The position numbers and the translations under genes are program-made. This document shows, piece after piece, positions 18,838 through 30,051 of a DNA stretch of 48,260 bases. Source of the stretch: an uncultured Verrucomicrobiae bacterium (GTDB lineage: Bacteria; Verrucomicrobiota; Verrucomicrobiia; Limisphaerales; JAFGQR01); assembly GCA_963788655.1 (NCBI GenBank), contig CAWBHS010000056.1:1-48260 (forward strand). The letters are read 5' to 3'. Position 1 is the stretch's first letter. The number at the start of each line of letters is the position of its first letter. The notes below the pieces were generated by a model. That model was not told the origin of the DNA and made no database searches. It was given only the letters and a program-made list of their open reading frames with translations.

Positions 18838-21516
18838 ATGCAACTTCGATCCCCCCTCATGATAACGCCAACGCCTGTTCCCCGAACCACATTACAGCGC
18901 CCGGGTGCCGTGCTGCGTCGCACCGGCTGGCTATGGTCCCTGACGCTTAGTGCCCTGTTCTTGCCGTCCGGCCCGAGGCCGGCCTTGGCCGATGCTCCAC
19001 CAGCGGGCACACAGATCGGCAATCAGGCCAGCGCCAGCTACACCGACTCCAGCAACACCGAACGCACCGCCACGTCGAACGTCGCCATCACCATCGTCCA
19101 GCAAGTGGCCAGCTTCACGCTCACCACGGATGGTCAGGCCAAATACGCGGCGGCGGGGAGTCAGGTTCTGTATCCGCACACCTTGATCAACACGGGCAAT
19201 GGTTCGGATACGTTCGATCTGAGTGCGGCCAACAGCTCGGGCAGCGACGATTTCGACCTGAATTCCCTGGCGCTCTACGCCGACGCCAATGGGGACGGTT
19301 TGCCGGATAACACCACCGCCGTGACCAGCACCGGTCCCTTGCCACCGGGCGGCGTGTTCAAATTCGTCGTGCTCGGCATCGTGCCGGGCAGCGAAACCGC
19401 CGGGCGGGCGGCGGCCATCATCGTCACCGCCAGCGGCACGACCACCGCCACGCCCGCCGCGGCGCAGAATAACACGGACACCACGACCGTCACCGCCGAC
19501 GCTGTGGTCAACGTGAGCGCGGCCATGGATTCCAGTGCCGGCGCGCCCGGCAGCGGCCCCTACACCATCACGCTGACGTACAACAACACCGGCAACAATT
19601 CGGCCACCAATTTGACCCTGCTGGATGTCCTCCCCGCCGGCTTCACTTACGTCACCAACAGCGCCCGTTGGAGCACCCTCGGCAGCACCCCCCTGACCGA
19701 TGCCACCGGCGACAATCAGGGTGCCGCGCCAGACACGATCGATTACGATTTCGGTGACACAGTTGCGGGCCGCATGAAGGCAATCATTTCTCGGGTTCAG
19801 CCGGGCCAGTCCGGCACGCTGACGTTCCAGGTCACCGTGGGGTCAGCCCAGCCCGCCGGTGTGATCAACAACACGCCCACTTACAGCTACGATCCCGGCA
19901 CGGGCGCCACCGTCGGACCGCTGAACGCCAACACGCTTCAATTCACCGTCACCCAAAGCAACGGCGTGGACCTCACTGGCCAGACGATTGCCAGCGCCAC
20001 CCAGGGCAGCACGGTTTCATTTACGAATGTCCTGCAAAACACCGGCAACGGCACCGACACGTTTGACCTCACGGTCAGCAACACTTCCTTCCCCGCCGGA
20101 ACCACGTTTACGCTTTACCAGAGCGACAGCAACACCCCGCTGGTGGACAGCTCCGGCAACGGCATCCCGGATTCCGGACCGATGGTCACCAGTCAAACCA
20201 AGAACATCATCCTCAAGGCCGTGCTACCCAACGGCGCCTCGGGTGCGGGCGTGAATTACACGGTGCGCTTAACGGCCACCTCCATCACCAGTTCGGGCAC
20301 CACGACGAACGTCAACGACGTGCTGACCAGCGTCACCGGCAACACCGTGGACTTGAGCAACGGCCCCAGCGGCGGTGCCGGCGCCGGCCCGGAAGTTTCG
20401 CCCGTGGTCATCAATACCTCCAATCCCAACACGACCACTCGCTTCACTCTTTACGCCACCAACACCAGCGGCGTGGCGGACAGCTACAACCTCACCACCA
20501 GCACCAACGCCAGTTTTGCTTCGCTCGATTTGCCCAGCGGCTGGAGCGTGGTGTTCCGCGACGCCAACGAAGCCATCATCACTTCCTCGGGCGTGCTGGC
20601 CGCCGGCACGAACAAACTGATCTATGCCGACGTAACCGTCGCGCCCGGCACGGCGCCGGGCACCAACAGTATTTATTTCCGCGTCGCGTCGTCCACCTCC
20701 GGCGCCTCCGACCGGTTGCACGACGCCGTGGCCGTCAACACCGTCCGCAATCTTTCCCTGGCGCCCAACAACACCGGCCAGGTGTTCCCCAACGGATTCG
20801 TCGTGTTCAGCCACCTCCTTATCAACAACGGGAATGTTCTCGAAGGCGACGGCACCCTCAGCAGCGTCAATTTAAGTCTCGCGGACTCCCTGTCGGGCTG
20901 GAGTTCGGTGCTCTATTACGATCTCAACAGCAACGGTGTGGTGGACGGCGGGGACACGGCCGTCACCAATCTGGCGTTTGTCAGCGCCGGCAGCGCTGGC
21001 GTCTCCCCGGGCGAATCGATTCGTCTGCTGGTTAAAGTGTATGCCCCGCCGGGCGCCGCCCAGGGCACCATCAACGCCACGACGATTACCGCCACCACGG
21101 CGAACGGCACCCACACCGTCGCCGCGCCTGCCGCTGCCGTCGCCACGGATAATTCGACCGTCATTGCCGGCGACCTCCAGTTGCTCAAAGAACAGGCGCT
21201 GGACGCCGACCTGAACGGCACGCCGGACACGGCCTACACCACCACGGACATCACCACCGGCGCGACGCCGGGCAAAATGATCCGCTACCGGATCACGGTC
21301 ACTAATCGCGGCACTGCCCCGGCCACGGCGGTGAAAGTGTACGACACCACGCCGGCTTACACGATCTATACGATAACCGGTCCCGCCTCGACCACGGTGG
21401 GTTCCGTATCCAGTGCGCCTGCCGACGGAGCCACCGGCGCGTTGGAATTTGACATTGGCACCCTCAATCCTGGCGCTTCGGCCGTCATCACCTTTGGCGT
21501 TGCCATTGCCCAGTAA
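18838..21516 (+). CDS. Secreted DUF11/Ig-repeat protein (candidate fibre shaft subunit)
   Basis: Signal peptide, T/S/N/G-rich Ig repeats (NTGNGSDTFDL, NTGNGTDTFDL), N-terminal AGTQIGNQASASY, and a C-terminal DUF11 ending TFGVAIAQ*. Confidence 0.88.
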   Translation: MQLRSPLMITPTPVPRTTLQRPGAVLRRTGWLWSLTLSALFLPSGPRPALADAPPAGTQIGNQASASYTDSSNTERTATSNVAITIVQQVASFTLTTDGQAKYAAAGSQVLYPHTLINTGNGSDTFDLSAANSSGSDDFDLNSLALYADANGDGLPDNTTAVTSTGPLPPGGVFKFVVLGIVPGSETAGRAAAIIVTASGTTTATPAAAQNNTDTTTVTADAVVNVSAAMDSSAGAPGSGPYTITLTYNNTGNNSATNLTLLDVLPAGFTYVTNSARWSTLGSTPLTDATGDNQGAAPDTIDYDFGDTVAGRMKAIISRVQPGQSGTLTFQVTVGSAQPAGVINNTPTYSYDPGTGATVGPLNANTLQFTVTQSNGVDLTGQTIASATQGSTVSFTNVLQNTGNGTDTFDLTVSNTSFPAGTTFTLYQSDSNTPLVDSSGNGIPDSGPMVTSQTKNIILKAVLPNGASGAGVNYTVRLTATSITSSGTTTNVNDVLTSVTGNTVDLSNGPSGGAGAGPEVSPVVINTSNPNTTTRFTLYATNTSGVADSYNLTTSTNASFASLDLPSGWSVVFRDANEAIITSSGVLAAGTNKLIYADVTVAPGTAPGTNSIYFRVASSTSGASDRLHDAVAVNTVRNLSLAPNNTGQVFPNGFVVFSHLLINNGNVLEGDGTLSSVNLSLADSLSGWSSVLYYDLNSNGVVDGGDTAVTNLAFVSAGSAGVSPGESIRLLVKVYAPPGAAQGTINATTITATTANGTHTVAAPAAAVATDNSTVIAGDLQLLKEQALDADLNGTPDTAYTTTDITTGATPGKMIRYRITVTNRGTAPATAVKVYDTTPAYTIYTITGPASTTVGSVSSAPADGATGALEFDIGTLNPGASAVITFGVAIAQ

Positions 21517-21826
21517 ATCACCGAGCCAACGGGCCGGGCGGTGCGCTCAGCGGATCGTCTTGGGTGCCATTGCCCTGTCTTAGAAAACCATGCCGCATGG
21601 ATGCATCAGTGGGGATCAGCGGGACGCCCGACGAAGCGTCCGTGCTGAACCAGTTAAGTCGCTTCCCCTCAACGTGGCAAAGACGGATTCCACTCCGTCC
21701 CTGACTTTTCCTGAACGCGTTCACTCATCCAGAACCGAGATCAGGGAGATCCGCACGCGCCCAAATTTACCCCGCGAACGTTCCCGGGAGGCGGTAAGCG
21801 CTGCGGAAGAAGTGGGACGCAGAGGA

Positions 21827-24800
21827 ATGCGTCCTTACCAGCGTGCGAGTTGCCACCTCACCTCCACTTCCCACTGCCCCTCTGGCCTCACGGTTACTCT
21901 CTTGTGCCTGGTTCTGCTGCTTTTGCCCCCAACCGCGCGCGCCCTCGACGACGGCCTCACCGATTACGTCACCATCCCCGCCGGTTCCTACATCATTGAC
22001 ATGGGCGTCACGCCGCAGACCGTGGCCAACGGGCTCAAGCCCTACGGATTGGTCTATGACTTGATCGTCAATCGGCAGGTCACGGTGGATTGGGTTATCA
22101 ATCCGGCCAAGACCAAGGATGGCGCCGACTTCACCTACAACGCCAAAGCCTATCGCGGCGCGCCCTTTGTGATCCACGCCGAGCAAGTCAACGCGGCGGT
22201 GGTCGCGACCATCAACAACTGGAAAGCTCAAGGCGTGGTCGTGGACGGTCCGACTACGGTGGCCATCTCCAACGTGCCGGTTTACGACACGCTCACCTCG
22301 CTGGCCAGGTTGGCACTCGACACCGACAACGGCTCGATTACGGCCAAATACCTGGTCAATGCCGGCATCCCGGGCAGTGCCTACACCCTCAAACTGCCCA
22401 CGGAATTGTCCGCGTGCGATGACATCTTCGCCTTGCCGCACGCGGATCCCACCTGGGCCGATCACCACAATCTCATCAACTTCGTGCAGGCGGGCGGTTA
22501 CGTATGGTCGGCTTGCCACGCGGTTAGCGTGCTGGAAAACCTCGATGATCCTGGTGATCCGGACAGCGATCCCGACATGAATTTCCTGAGCGTCAGCGGC
22601 CTGGTGCCGTATGGTTCACACAACGACGGCAGTCCGCCCTACACCTATCCCGCCATCGGTGACATTGACCCGGCCATGCAGTTCATGAGCATCCTGGACG
22701 CCGCAACGGAGAACGGATCGGAACAGGTGTTCCTGCCCAACGCGGCTGGCTGGCGGCCCGCCACGCGGATTTACGTTTACGATCCGGACCAGAAGGACAT
22801 CCCGCTCAAGTCGCCCGGGGAAGCCGTGATCGTGGCGGTGGGTCGGGCTTTTGGCATTAGCCAGAACGGGCGCGTCATGTATGAAGCCGGGCATGACCAT
22901 TCCAAATCCACCGCGCCGGAAAACGTCGCGGCCCAACGCGCGTTCCTGAATTTCTATTTGCTCTCCGGCATTGAGCGACGGGCGGAGCCTTACCCGACCG
23001 TTCCCGCCACCATGACCGAGGGCCTGATGACGAACCTCACCGGCACCGTCAACGCCGGCAGCGGTTCCTACACTTACCAGTGGTCCAGCAGCATTGGTGG
23101 CACGTTTGGCGACGCTAATTCGCTCAGCACCACTTACATTTCTCCCAGCATCGTCACCAACACGCCCGCCCTCCTGCGGTTGGTCGTCACGGACAGTTGC
23201 GGGCGACGGTCATTCCGCACGGCCTCGGTTACTGTGGAGGCCATCCCGAATGCGGACCTGTCCGTCACCGCCACCGAATCGCAGAACCCGGTGGCCGCCG
23301 ATGCCTCGTTCAACTACGTCCTCTCCGTGGTGAACCGCGGTCCTGACCCCGCCACGAATGTCGTCGTGAGCGACACCCTGCCCACTGGCGTCACCTTTAC
23401 CGGCGCCGCGGGCACCGGTTGGTCGTGCAGCCACAGCAACGGCGTCGTCACCTGCTCGCGCTCGATCTTGTCCACGAACGTCGGCAGCCCCTCCAGCATC
23501 ACGATTACACTCACGTCGCCCCCCAATCCCGCCACCCTAACCAATCACGTCACGGTCAGCTCACTTCTGGTTGATCCCAATCCGTCCGACAACACCAATG
23601 CCATCACCACGTTTGTCATCAACGGGATTGACCTCGGGCTCACGATGACGGCGGTGGCCAGCGGGTATAGCGGCATCCTCCTGCCGTACACCTTCACCGT
23701 GACCAATCACACACCCGTCGGCGTGACCAATGTCCTCATCGAAGGCACCCTCCCGACCACCCTCGATTACGACAGTGGCTCCGGCCCGAATTGGTCGAGT
23801 TACTACGACACCCCTACGCGCCGCTTCACGCTCATCCTGCCAACGTTGGCCGCCAGTGGCACTTCCACGGTGACGCTCAACCTCATCCCCGGCACCAATG
23901 CCGCCGGCTTGACCGTCACCAACACCGGCACCGTCCGGTCCAGCATCCCCGATCCGGACCCTAGTAACAACACGGCGAGCCAAACGACTGCCATCCAGGC
24001 CGCCGCCGACCTGGGGATACAGAAATCCTCCGAGGTGGACACGACTCCCGACCCCGATGCCTTTACGTTTACGATCATCCTGGAGAACCTGGGCGCTTCC
24101 GTGGCCAACAGCATCACGGTCACGGACATTCTCAGCTATTCCGTCTCACCTTTCCCGCTCTACTTCAGTAACGCAGTCGCCACTGTCGGCAGCTACACGC
24201 CAATTGGCATCCAGGGCAGCAACGGCGGCAGTTGGACCATCAGCAGCCTGGCGGTGGGCGACACCGCCACGCTCACCCTGTACTACGGCGGCAACACCAC
24301 CGCTACGTTCACCAACACCGCCACGATTCTTTCGGCCGCGGAATACGATCCTGACCCCGCCAACAACAGTGATACCACCGTCGCGGACAAAGATTACAAA
24401 CTGATTGACCTCGGTGTTCTCATGACGGATTCGCCCGATCCGGTCGCGGGCGGGAGCAACATCACCTACACCATCACCGCCACCAACACGGAGCCGAAGA
24501 ACGACTGGTCCGGCGGCGGCAAGATCCTGACGGTGACCGACCCGCTCCCGCCCAACACGACCTTCGTCAGTGCCAGCGGCACTGACTGGACCTGTTCCTA
24601 CGACGGCCCCAGCCGCACGGTGACCTGTACTTACACCAAGGACATCAACCACAAGCAGGCCAAATCCTTCACCCTCGTCATCACGGCGCCGTCCACGCCC
24701 GGGTACGATTACCAACACCGCCGCCCTGAGCTACGTCCGCCCCAACACCGGCGATCCGGACGCGCCCAACGACGCGCACTCCGAGACCACAACCATCGCC

Positions 24801-27328
24801 GCCAATGTGGACCTGCGGTTGACCAAGAGCGTGGACAATCCCACGCCGCTGTTGGACAGCAACGTCGTCTTCACGGTCAGCGTCGAGAATGTCGGCACGA
24901 ATACCGCCACCGCGGCCAACGTGCGCGTCACTGAGGCCATCCCGGGCGGCCTCTCCTATGTGGCCGACACTCCCTCGCAAGGAGTTTATGATCCGAGCGT
25001 TGGCTTTTGGTATGTAGGGAAATCAGTCCGGGGGCCACCGCCACGCTGCTGCTGACCGCCCGGGCCAACCAGGCCGCGCAAATCACCAACTTCGTGGTCA
25101 TCAGCGGATTGACCCAGACCGACACCAACGCGGCCAATGACAACGCCGATTCTTCCGTCAACGTCCAGTCCGCCGATCTCGCGCTGGGCCTGTCGGCGGA
25201 TACGTTGGTGCCCAACGTGCGGTCCAACGTCACCTTCACGATCACGCTCACCAACCTCGGCCCCAGCGCGGTCAGCAACATCACCGTCAGCGACGTGCTG
25301 CCGGAAAACGTGGAATACGTCTCCCACACTGCCGGCCAGGGCAGCTACGCGAGCGGTACCGGCCTTTGGAGCGTGGGCAACCTCACCAGCAATGCCACCG
25401 CCACTCTTACCCTTACGGCCGCCATGCTCGACTGGGGTTGGCACACCAACACCGCGCAGGTCACCGGGGCCACAGTGGGAGATCCGAACGCTGCCAACAG
25501 CACCGCCAGTCTCGGCGTCGAGGGCCAGTTGGTGGACCTGGATCCGGGCAAGTCGGTGGATAACGAACGTCCCCTCGGCCTGGGTAGCAACCTGGTGTTC
25601 ACCATTGTCGTGACCAATCGCGGTCCCAGCACTGCCACCGGGGTGGAACTTACCGACCTGTTGCCCACCGGCCTGGGCTATAAAACCCATACCCCGTCGC
25701 AAGGCACCTACGACGATACGACCGGTAAATGGACCGTGGGCACACTGGCCAGCAACGCCGTCGCTTCGCTCTCGCTCACCACCACGAACTCCGCGCCGGG
25801 CAAATTTACCAACACGCTTTCCATCACTGCCCTATCCCAGTCCATCACCAACACCGCCGACGACACCCCCAGCGTCATCATCTACAGTGGCGGTGAAGCT
25901 GACTTGTACCTCACCAAGACGGTGGATGACGACAATCCGGAATCCGGCCAAAAGGTCACCTTCACCATCAAGTTGGACAACGAAGGCCCCGATCCCGCCA
26001 CGGGCGTGACGATCCGGGATCTACTGCCGGCGGGATTGACCTACTCGGATCATTACGCCCCCAGCCCTACAACCTACAATCCCACCACGGGCGCCTGGAC
26101 AGTAAGTTCCATCGCCAACGGGCAAAGCCTCTCACTCATCCTCAAGGCCTTGGTCACCGGCAGCGGTCAACTCGAGAACACCGCCGAGATCCTTGCCTCG
26201 AATGCCGCCGATCCCGACCCCATCGGCAACACGGCCAGCGTCCACCTCAGTGTCATCACCATAAACTCCGTTTCCGGCCGGGTCTTTCTCGACACCGGCA
26301 GTAGTGGCGGTACGGCCAATGACGGTGTCATGAACGGTGGCGAAACCGGCCTGGCGGGCGTGACCGTGAAGCTCACTGACAATGCCGGCGCGACGATTTA
26401 TGCCACGGCTACCACCGGCGGCGGCGGCAATTATGTCCTGAACATTCCGTCCACGCTCACGAATTCGGTCACCTTGAAAGTGGTGGAGGTCACCCCGCCC
26501 AGTCACGTTTCCACCGGTGCCCAATTGGGAAATACCGGGGGCAGTTACCAACGCGACTCCGACACAGTTACCTTCACCTTCGTGCCCGGCACGACTTATA
26601 CGGGCGTCAATTTTGGCGACGTGCCTGCCAATGCCTTCGCGCCCGACGGCCAGCAAGCGGCATTGCCGGGCAGTTTCGTGGTGTTCGCGCATACCTACAC
26701 TGCCGGCAGCGCGGGCACGGTGACGTTCACCACCACCAGCCAGTCGTCGCCCAGCCTGCCGGGGTGGACCCAGGTGCTCTTCCGCGATGCCAATGGCAAT
26801 AGCCAACTGGATACCGGGGAGGCAGTGATCAGCGCCCCGATCGCTGTGACCGCCGGCCAAAAAGTAAACCTCCTCGTCAAGGAGTTCATCCCGGTGAACG
26901 CTCCGCTCAATGCGCAGGATCTGATTACTGTGACCGCCACCTTGGCATACACCGATGCCAACCCGGCGTTGGACAATGTGCTGACCCGCACCGACCTGGC
27001 GACCGCCGGCACTCCGACCACCGCCGGGTTGACGCTGGTCAAAGCGGTGGACAAGGATTCCGCGCTGCCGGGCGAAACCATCACTTACACGATCACCTAT
27101 TTGAACAATGGCGTCGATGTGCTCCGCAACGTGATCATCTACGATCAAACCCCGGCGTTCACGGTATTCGTCAGCGCCGGCACCGGCGCGTTTCCCAACA
27201 ACCTCACCGCGGTGGACCTGACTGCGCCCGCCGCGGATGCCTCCGGCGCCCTGAAATGGGTCTTCACCGGCACGCTGGCCCCTAGCGGCACCGGCACCGT
27301 GAGCTACAGTGTGAAGGTGGCGCAATGA
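21827..27328 (+). CDS. Large secreted DUF11-repeat adhesin (about 1830 aa; two compensating frameshifts at about 24702 and 25018)
   Basis: Signal peptide (LLLLPPTARA), a ~380-aa N-terminal head, eight complete DUF11 repeats (xDLxxxK/M...D.LP...N.A...DP...N), an SdrD-B-like domain and a terminal DUF11. ORFs 21590.., 24807.. and 25007.. join. Confidence 0.85.
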
Positions 27329-27468
27329 GACTTCGATCCGACCAACAGGCGAGCCGCAAAGTGGTGGAGACGAATTACCTGTCGTTGTAGAACGCATCGT
27401 CTCCTGTCACAACGGCGGGGCGCCATTGATGGCATCCGGAGCGGGTGCGCTCTCCGGTTGATCAGATG

Positions 27469-29754
27469 CTACGGCTTCGGCAAGGCAAAGGCCATGTAGG
27501 CGTCCCCGCTCTTGGTGCCCATTTTGCCGCCGCCACAGGCAATCACCACGAACTGGCGGCCACCCACTTGATACGTCGCCGGCGTGGCATAACCGCCAGC
27601 CGGCAGTTGGTGCTGCCACAGCACTTTGCCGGTGTTCCGGTCGAAGGCGCGGATCATTTCGTCCTTCGACGCGGCAATAAACAAAAGTCCGCCCGCAGTC
27701 ACAATCGGCCCGCCGTAATTCTCCGCGCCGGTGGGCGGAATACCTTTGGCGGTCAATTCGGGCAATTCTCCCAAGGGCACTCGCCACAGGTATTCGCCGG
27801 TATTCAAATCGACGGCATTCAAGGTGCCCCATGGTGGCTTCACCGCGGGATAACCGTCCGGGTCAAAGAAGCGATTGTATCCGGTGTGCGTGTAGGGAAT
27901 GTCCACCAGCGCGTCCCCGCCGGTCATCGCGTCTTTGGCGCGGTCCGGTTCAAACGTTTCACGGCCCAGCAAATAGTCCGTGACGGCTTCTTTTTGAGTG
28001 AGATGGAGAAAACCAAACACCGGCATGTTGCCGCGGCCGGTTTCCAGCAGTTGCAAGATGTCGGGTCGCTTGAGCTTCTGCCCGATGTTCACCAGCTTGG
28101 GTACGGAACGGGTCGGATCGCCCTGACGTTCGATGCCATGGCAGGCGGCGCAGATTTGATTGAAGATCTGGTGCCCCGAAGTCAGCGAGGGCCCATCGCC
28201 GGCGTGGGTCGGCACCATCTTGAGAATCCAGGCCATTTCGTTGGCGTTGACGTAGAGGATGCCCCGTTGAGCGTCGGCGGCGGCCCCGCCCCATTCCGCG
28301 CCACCATCGAAGCCTGGAAAGATAATGGTGCCCTGACGGCTGGGCGGCATGAAGGGCGTGTGCGGACGCAGCTTCACGAATTGGTCCAGCACCGTTTTGT
28401 AGGAATTCGAGGAAAGGTCGGTGATTAGATCGGCGGAGAACACTTGGCGCGCAAACGGTTCGGGCTTTAACGGCAGCGGCTGCGTTGGCCAGGCGGATTC
28501 GCCCGGCAGCGTCGAAACCGGTACCGGCCGTTCCTCGATGGGGAACAAGGGGGCTCCGGTTTCCCGATTGAACACGAACACATGACCGGACTTGGTGACT
28601 TGCGCCACCGCATCCACTGCTTGGCCATCGCGCTGGACAGTCAGCAAATTGGGCGGCGCCGGCAAATCGCGGTCCCACAGATCGTGGTGGACGAACTGGT
28701 AGTACCAAACCAACCGTCCCGTAGCCGCCTCGATTGCCAGCAGACAATTGGCGTAAAGATCCTTGCCGATCCGGTTGCCGCCCCAGAAATCAAACGCCGC
28801 GGAGCCCGTCGGACAAAAGACCAGTCCGCGCTGCTCGTCCACTGCCATGCCGGTCCAGCAATTGACGCCGCCAATGTATTTCCACGCGTCGGGCGGCCAG
28901 GTTTCGTAGCCGGGTTCGCCGGGTTGCGGAATGGTGTGGAAGGTCCAAACCAGCCGACCGGTGCGCACGTCGTACGCGCGAATGTAACCGGGTGCGGCTG
29001 GACCCGGCCCTTCCGCCACGCGCGTACCCAGGATCAACCGGTCACGGCAAATCGCCCCCGGTGTATTGGCCAGCACGAACAGGGCCTTGGCCCGGCTTCC
29101 CAGCCCTTCGCGAATGTCCACGCGGCCCTGGTTTCCAAAGGCAGGCACCGGCTTCCCGGTCTTGGCCTCGAGGGCGTAGAGAAAATGGCCGGCCGTGAAC
29201 AGCACGCGCCGGTCGCCGGCATTGGACCAATACATCACGCCGCGATTGACCCCCACGGCGTTTTGCCCGCCATCGATCCCGAACGGATCGAACCGCCATA
29301 GTTCGCGTCCGGTCGCGGCATCCAATGCCAGCAGTTTTAATTGTGGCGACGTGCCGTAAAGCACTCCCTCGATGATCAACGGATTGCACTGGATTTGGGA
29401 GCGATTGTCCTTGCGGCCGTCACCGGCGTGATAAGTCCAGGCCACGTCGAGGTGCGCAACGTTGCCCCGGTTGATTTGGTCGAGCGTCGAGGATTGGCTG
29501 CTGGCCAGGTCCCCCAGATACGTCGGCCAATTCCGGTCCGCGGCGCCGAGCGATCCGGCGAGCGCCAGTAGTCCTGCCCAGCGAATTATTTTGCCCCCAA
29601 GGGTCTGTTTAGAAACGCCAGTTCCCACGTCGCGGCCGACGTAAGGAGGCTCAGACTTCACCGAAAAAACACGCTGCTGGCGATAGGAAAAAGCCTCCGG
29701 GCGTCGGCTGCCACCCTGATTCAAATAGGCTCTAAGAGAAACGATGCGCTGCAT
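27469..29754 (-). CDS. PQQ-dependent dehydrogenase (glucose/quinate DH-like) with an internal cytochrome c domain
   Basis: WPTYLGD...LDQINRGNV..L.VAWTY, QFVHHDLWDRD, PGFDGGAEWGG, haem motif CAACH, and PAGGYATPATY. Confidence 0.9.
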   Translation of the reverse strand: MQRIVSLRAYLNQGGSRRPEAFSYRQQRVFSVKSEPPYVGRDVGTGVSKQTLGGKIIRWAGLLALAGSLGAADRNWPTYLGDLASSQSSTLDQINRGNVAHLDVAWTYHAGDGRKDNRSQIQCNPLIIEGVLYGTSPQLKLLALDAATGRELWRFDPFGIDGGQNAVGVNRGVMYWSNAGDRRVLFTAGHFLYALEAKTGKPVPAFGNQGRVDIREGLGSRAKALFVLANTPGAICRDRLILGTRVAEGPGPAAPGYIRAYDVRTGRLVWTFHTIPQPGEPGYETWPPDAWKYIGGVNCWTGMAVDEQRGLVFCPTGSAAFDFWGGNRIGKDLYANCLLAIEAATGRLVWYYQFVHHDLWDRDLPAPPNLLTVQRDGQAVDAVAQVTKSGHVFVFNRETGAPLFPIEERPVPVSTLPGESAWPTQPLPLKPEPFARQVFSADLITDLSSNSYKTVLDQFVKLRPHTPFMPPSRQGTIIFPGFDGGAEWGGAAADAQRGILYVNANEMAWILKMVPTHAGDGPSLTSGHQIFNQICAACHGIERQGDPTRSVPKLVNIGQKLKRPDILQLLETGRGNMPVFGFLHLTQKEAVTDYLLGRETFEPDRAKDAMTGGDALVDIPYTHTGYNRFFDPDGYPAVKPPWGTLNAVDLNTGEYLWRVPLGELPELTAKGIPPTGAENYGGPIVTAGGLLFIAASKDEMIRAFDRNTGKVLWQHQLPAGGYATPATYQVGGRQFVVIACGGGKMGTKSGDAYMAFALPKP
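29600..29733. mobile_element. MITE-like element with a REP hairpin, inserted in-frame in the 5' end of the PQQ dehydrogenase gene
   Basis: Imperfect terminal inverted repeats AGGGTCTGTTT and AAATAGGCTCT, with an internal hairpin GCCGACGTAAGGAGGC / GCCTCCGGGCGTCGGC. Confidence 0.55.
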
Positions 29755-29881
29755 GCCCGGCAGTTTGGCGTCCCGCGCAGATCCCGCAAGGAAAAGCGGT
29801 TCACGTAGCAACGGGAAAATGAGGGACATGAAAAGGGGGAATAATTGTGCCGGTCCTTCATTTTCCTGTGAACCTCCTCAG

Positions 29882-30032
29882 TGCGTCCGGTTTTGAGACA
29901 CCGCTGTCCTGTTCCGGTACCAGCTCGCTAGTTACGTTGACATCGCGGTTCCGTTTTGAGACGCAAACCTGGCTTCCAGGCGACGGAATCCTCTTTCTGG
30001 CCAAGCTGGAACGGCTCGGCACACACGTTGCT
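29882..30032 (+). promoter_or_regulatory. Sigma54 promoter with candidate upstream activator sites
   Basis: CGGCACACACGTTGCT at 30017-30032 (GG-N10-GC). The direct repeat GTTTTGAGAC occurs at about 29890 and 29953. Confidence 0.65.
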
Positions 30033-30051
30033 TGAAATCCATTCAAAAGAG

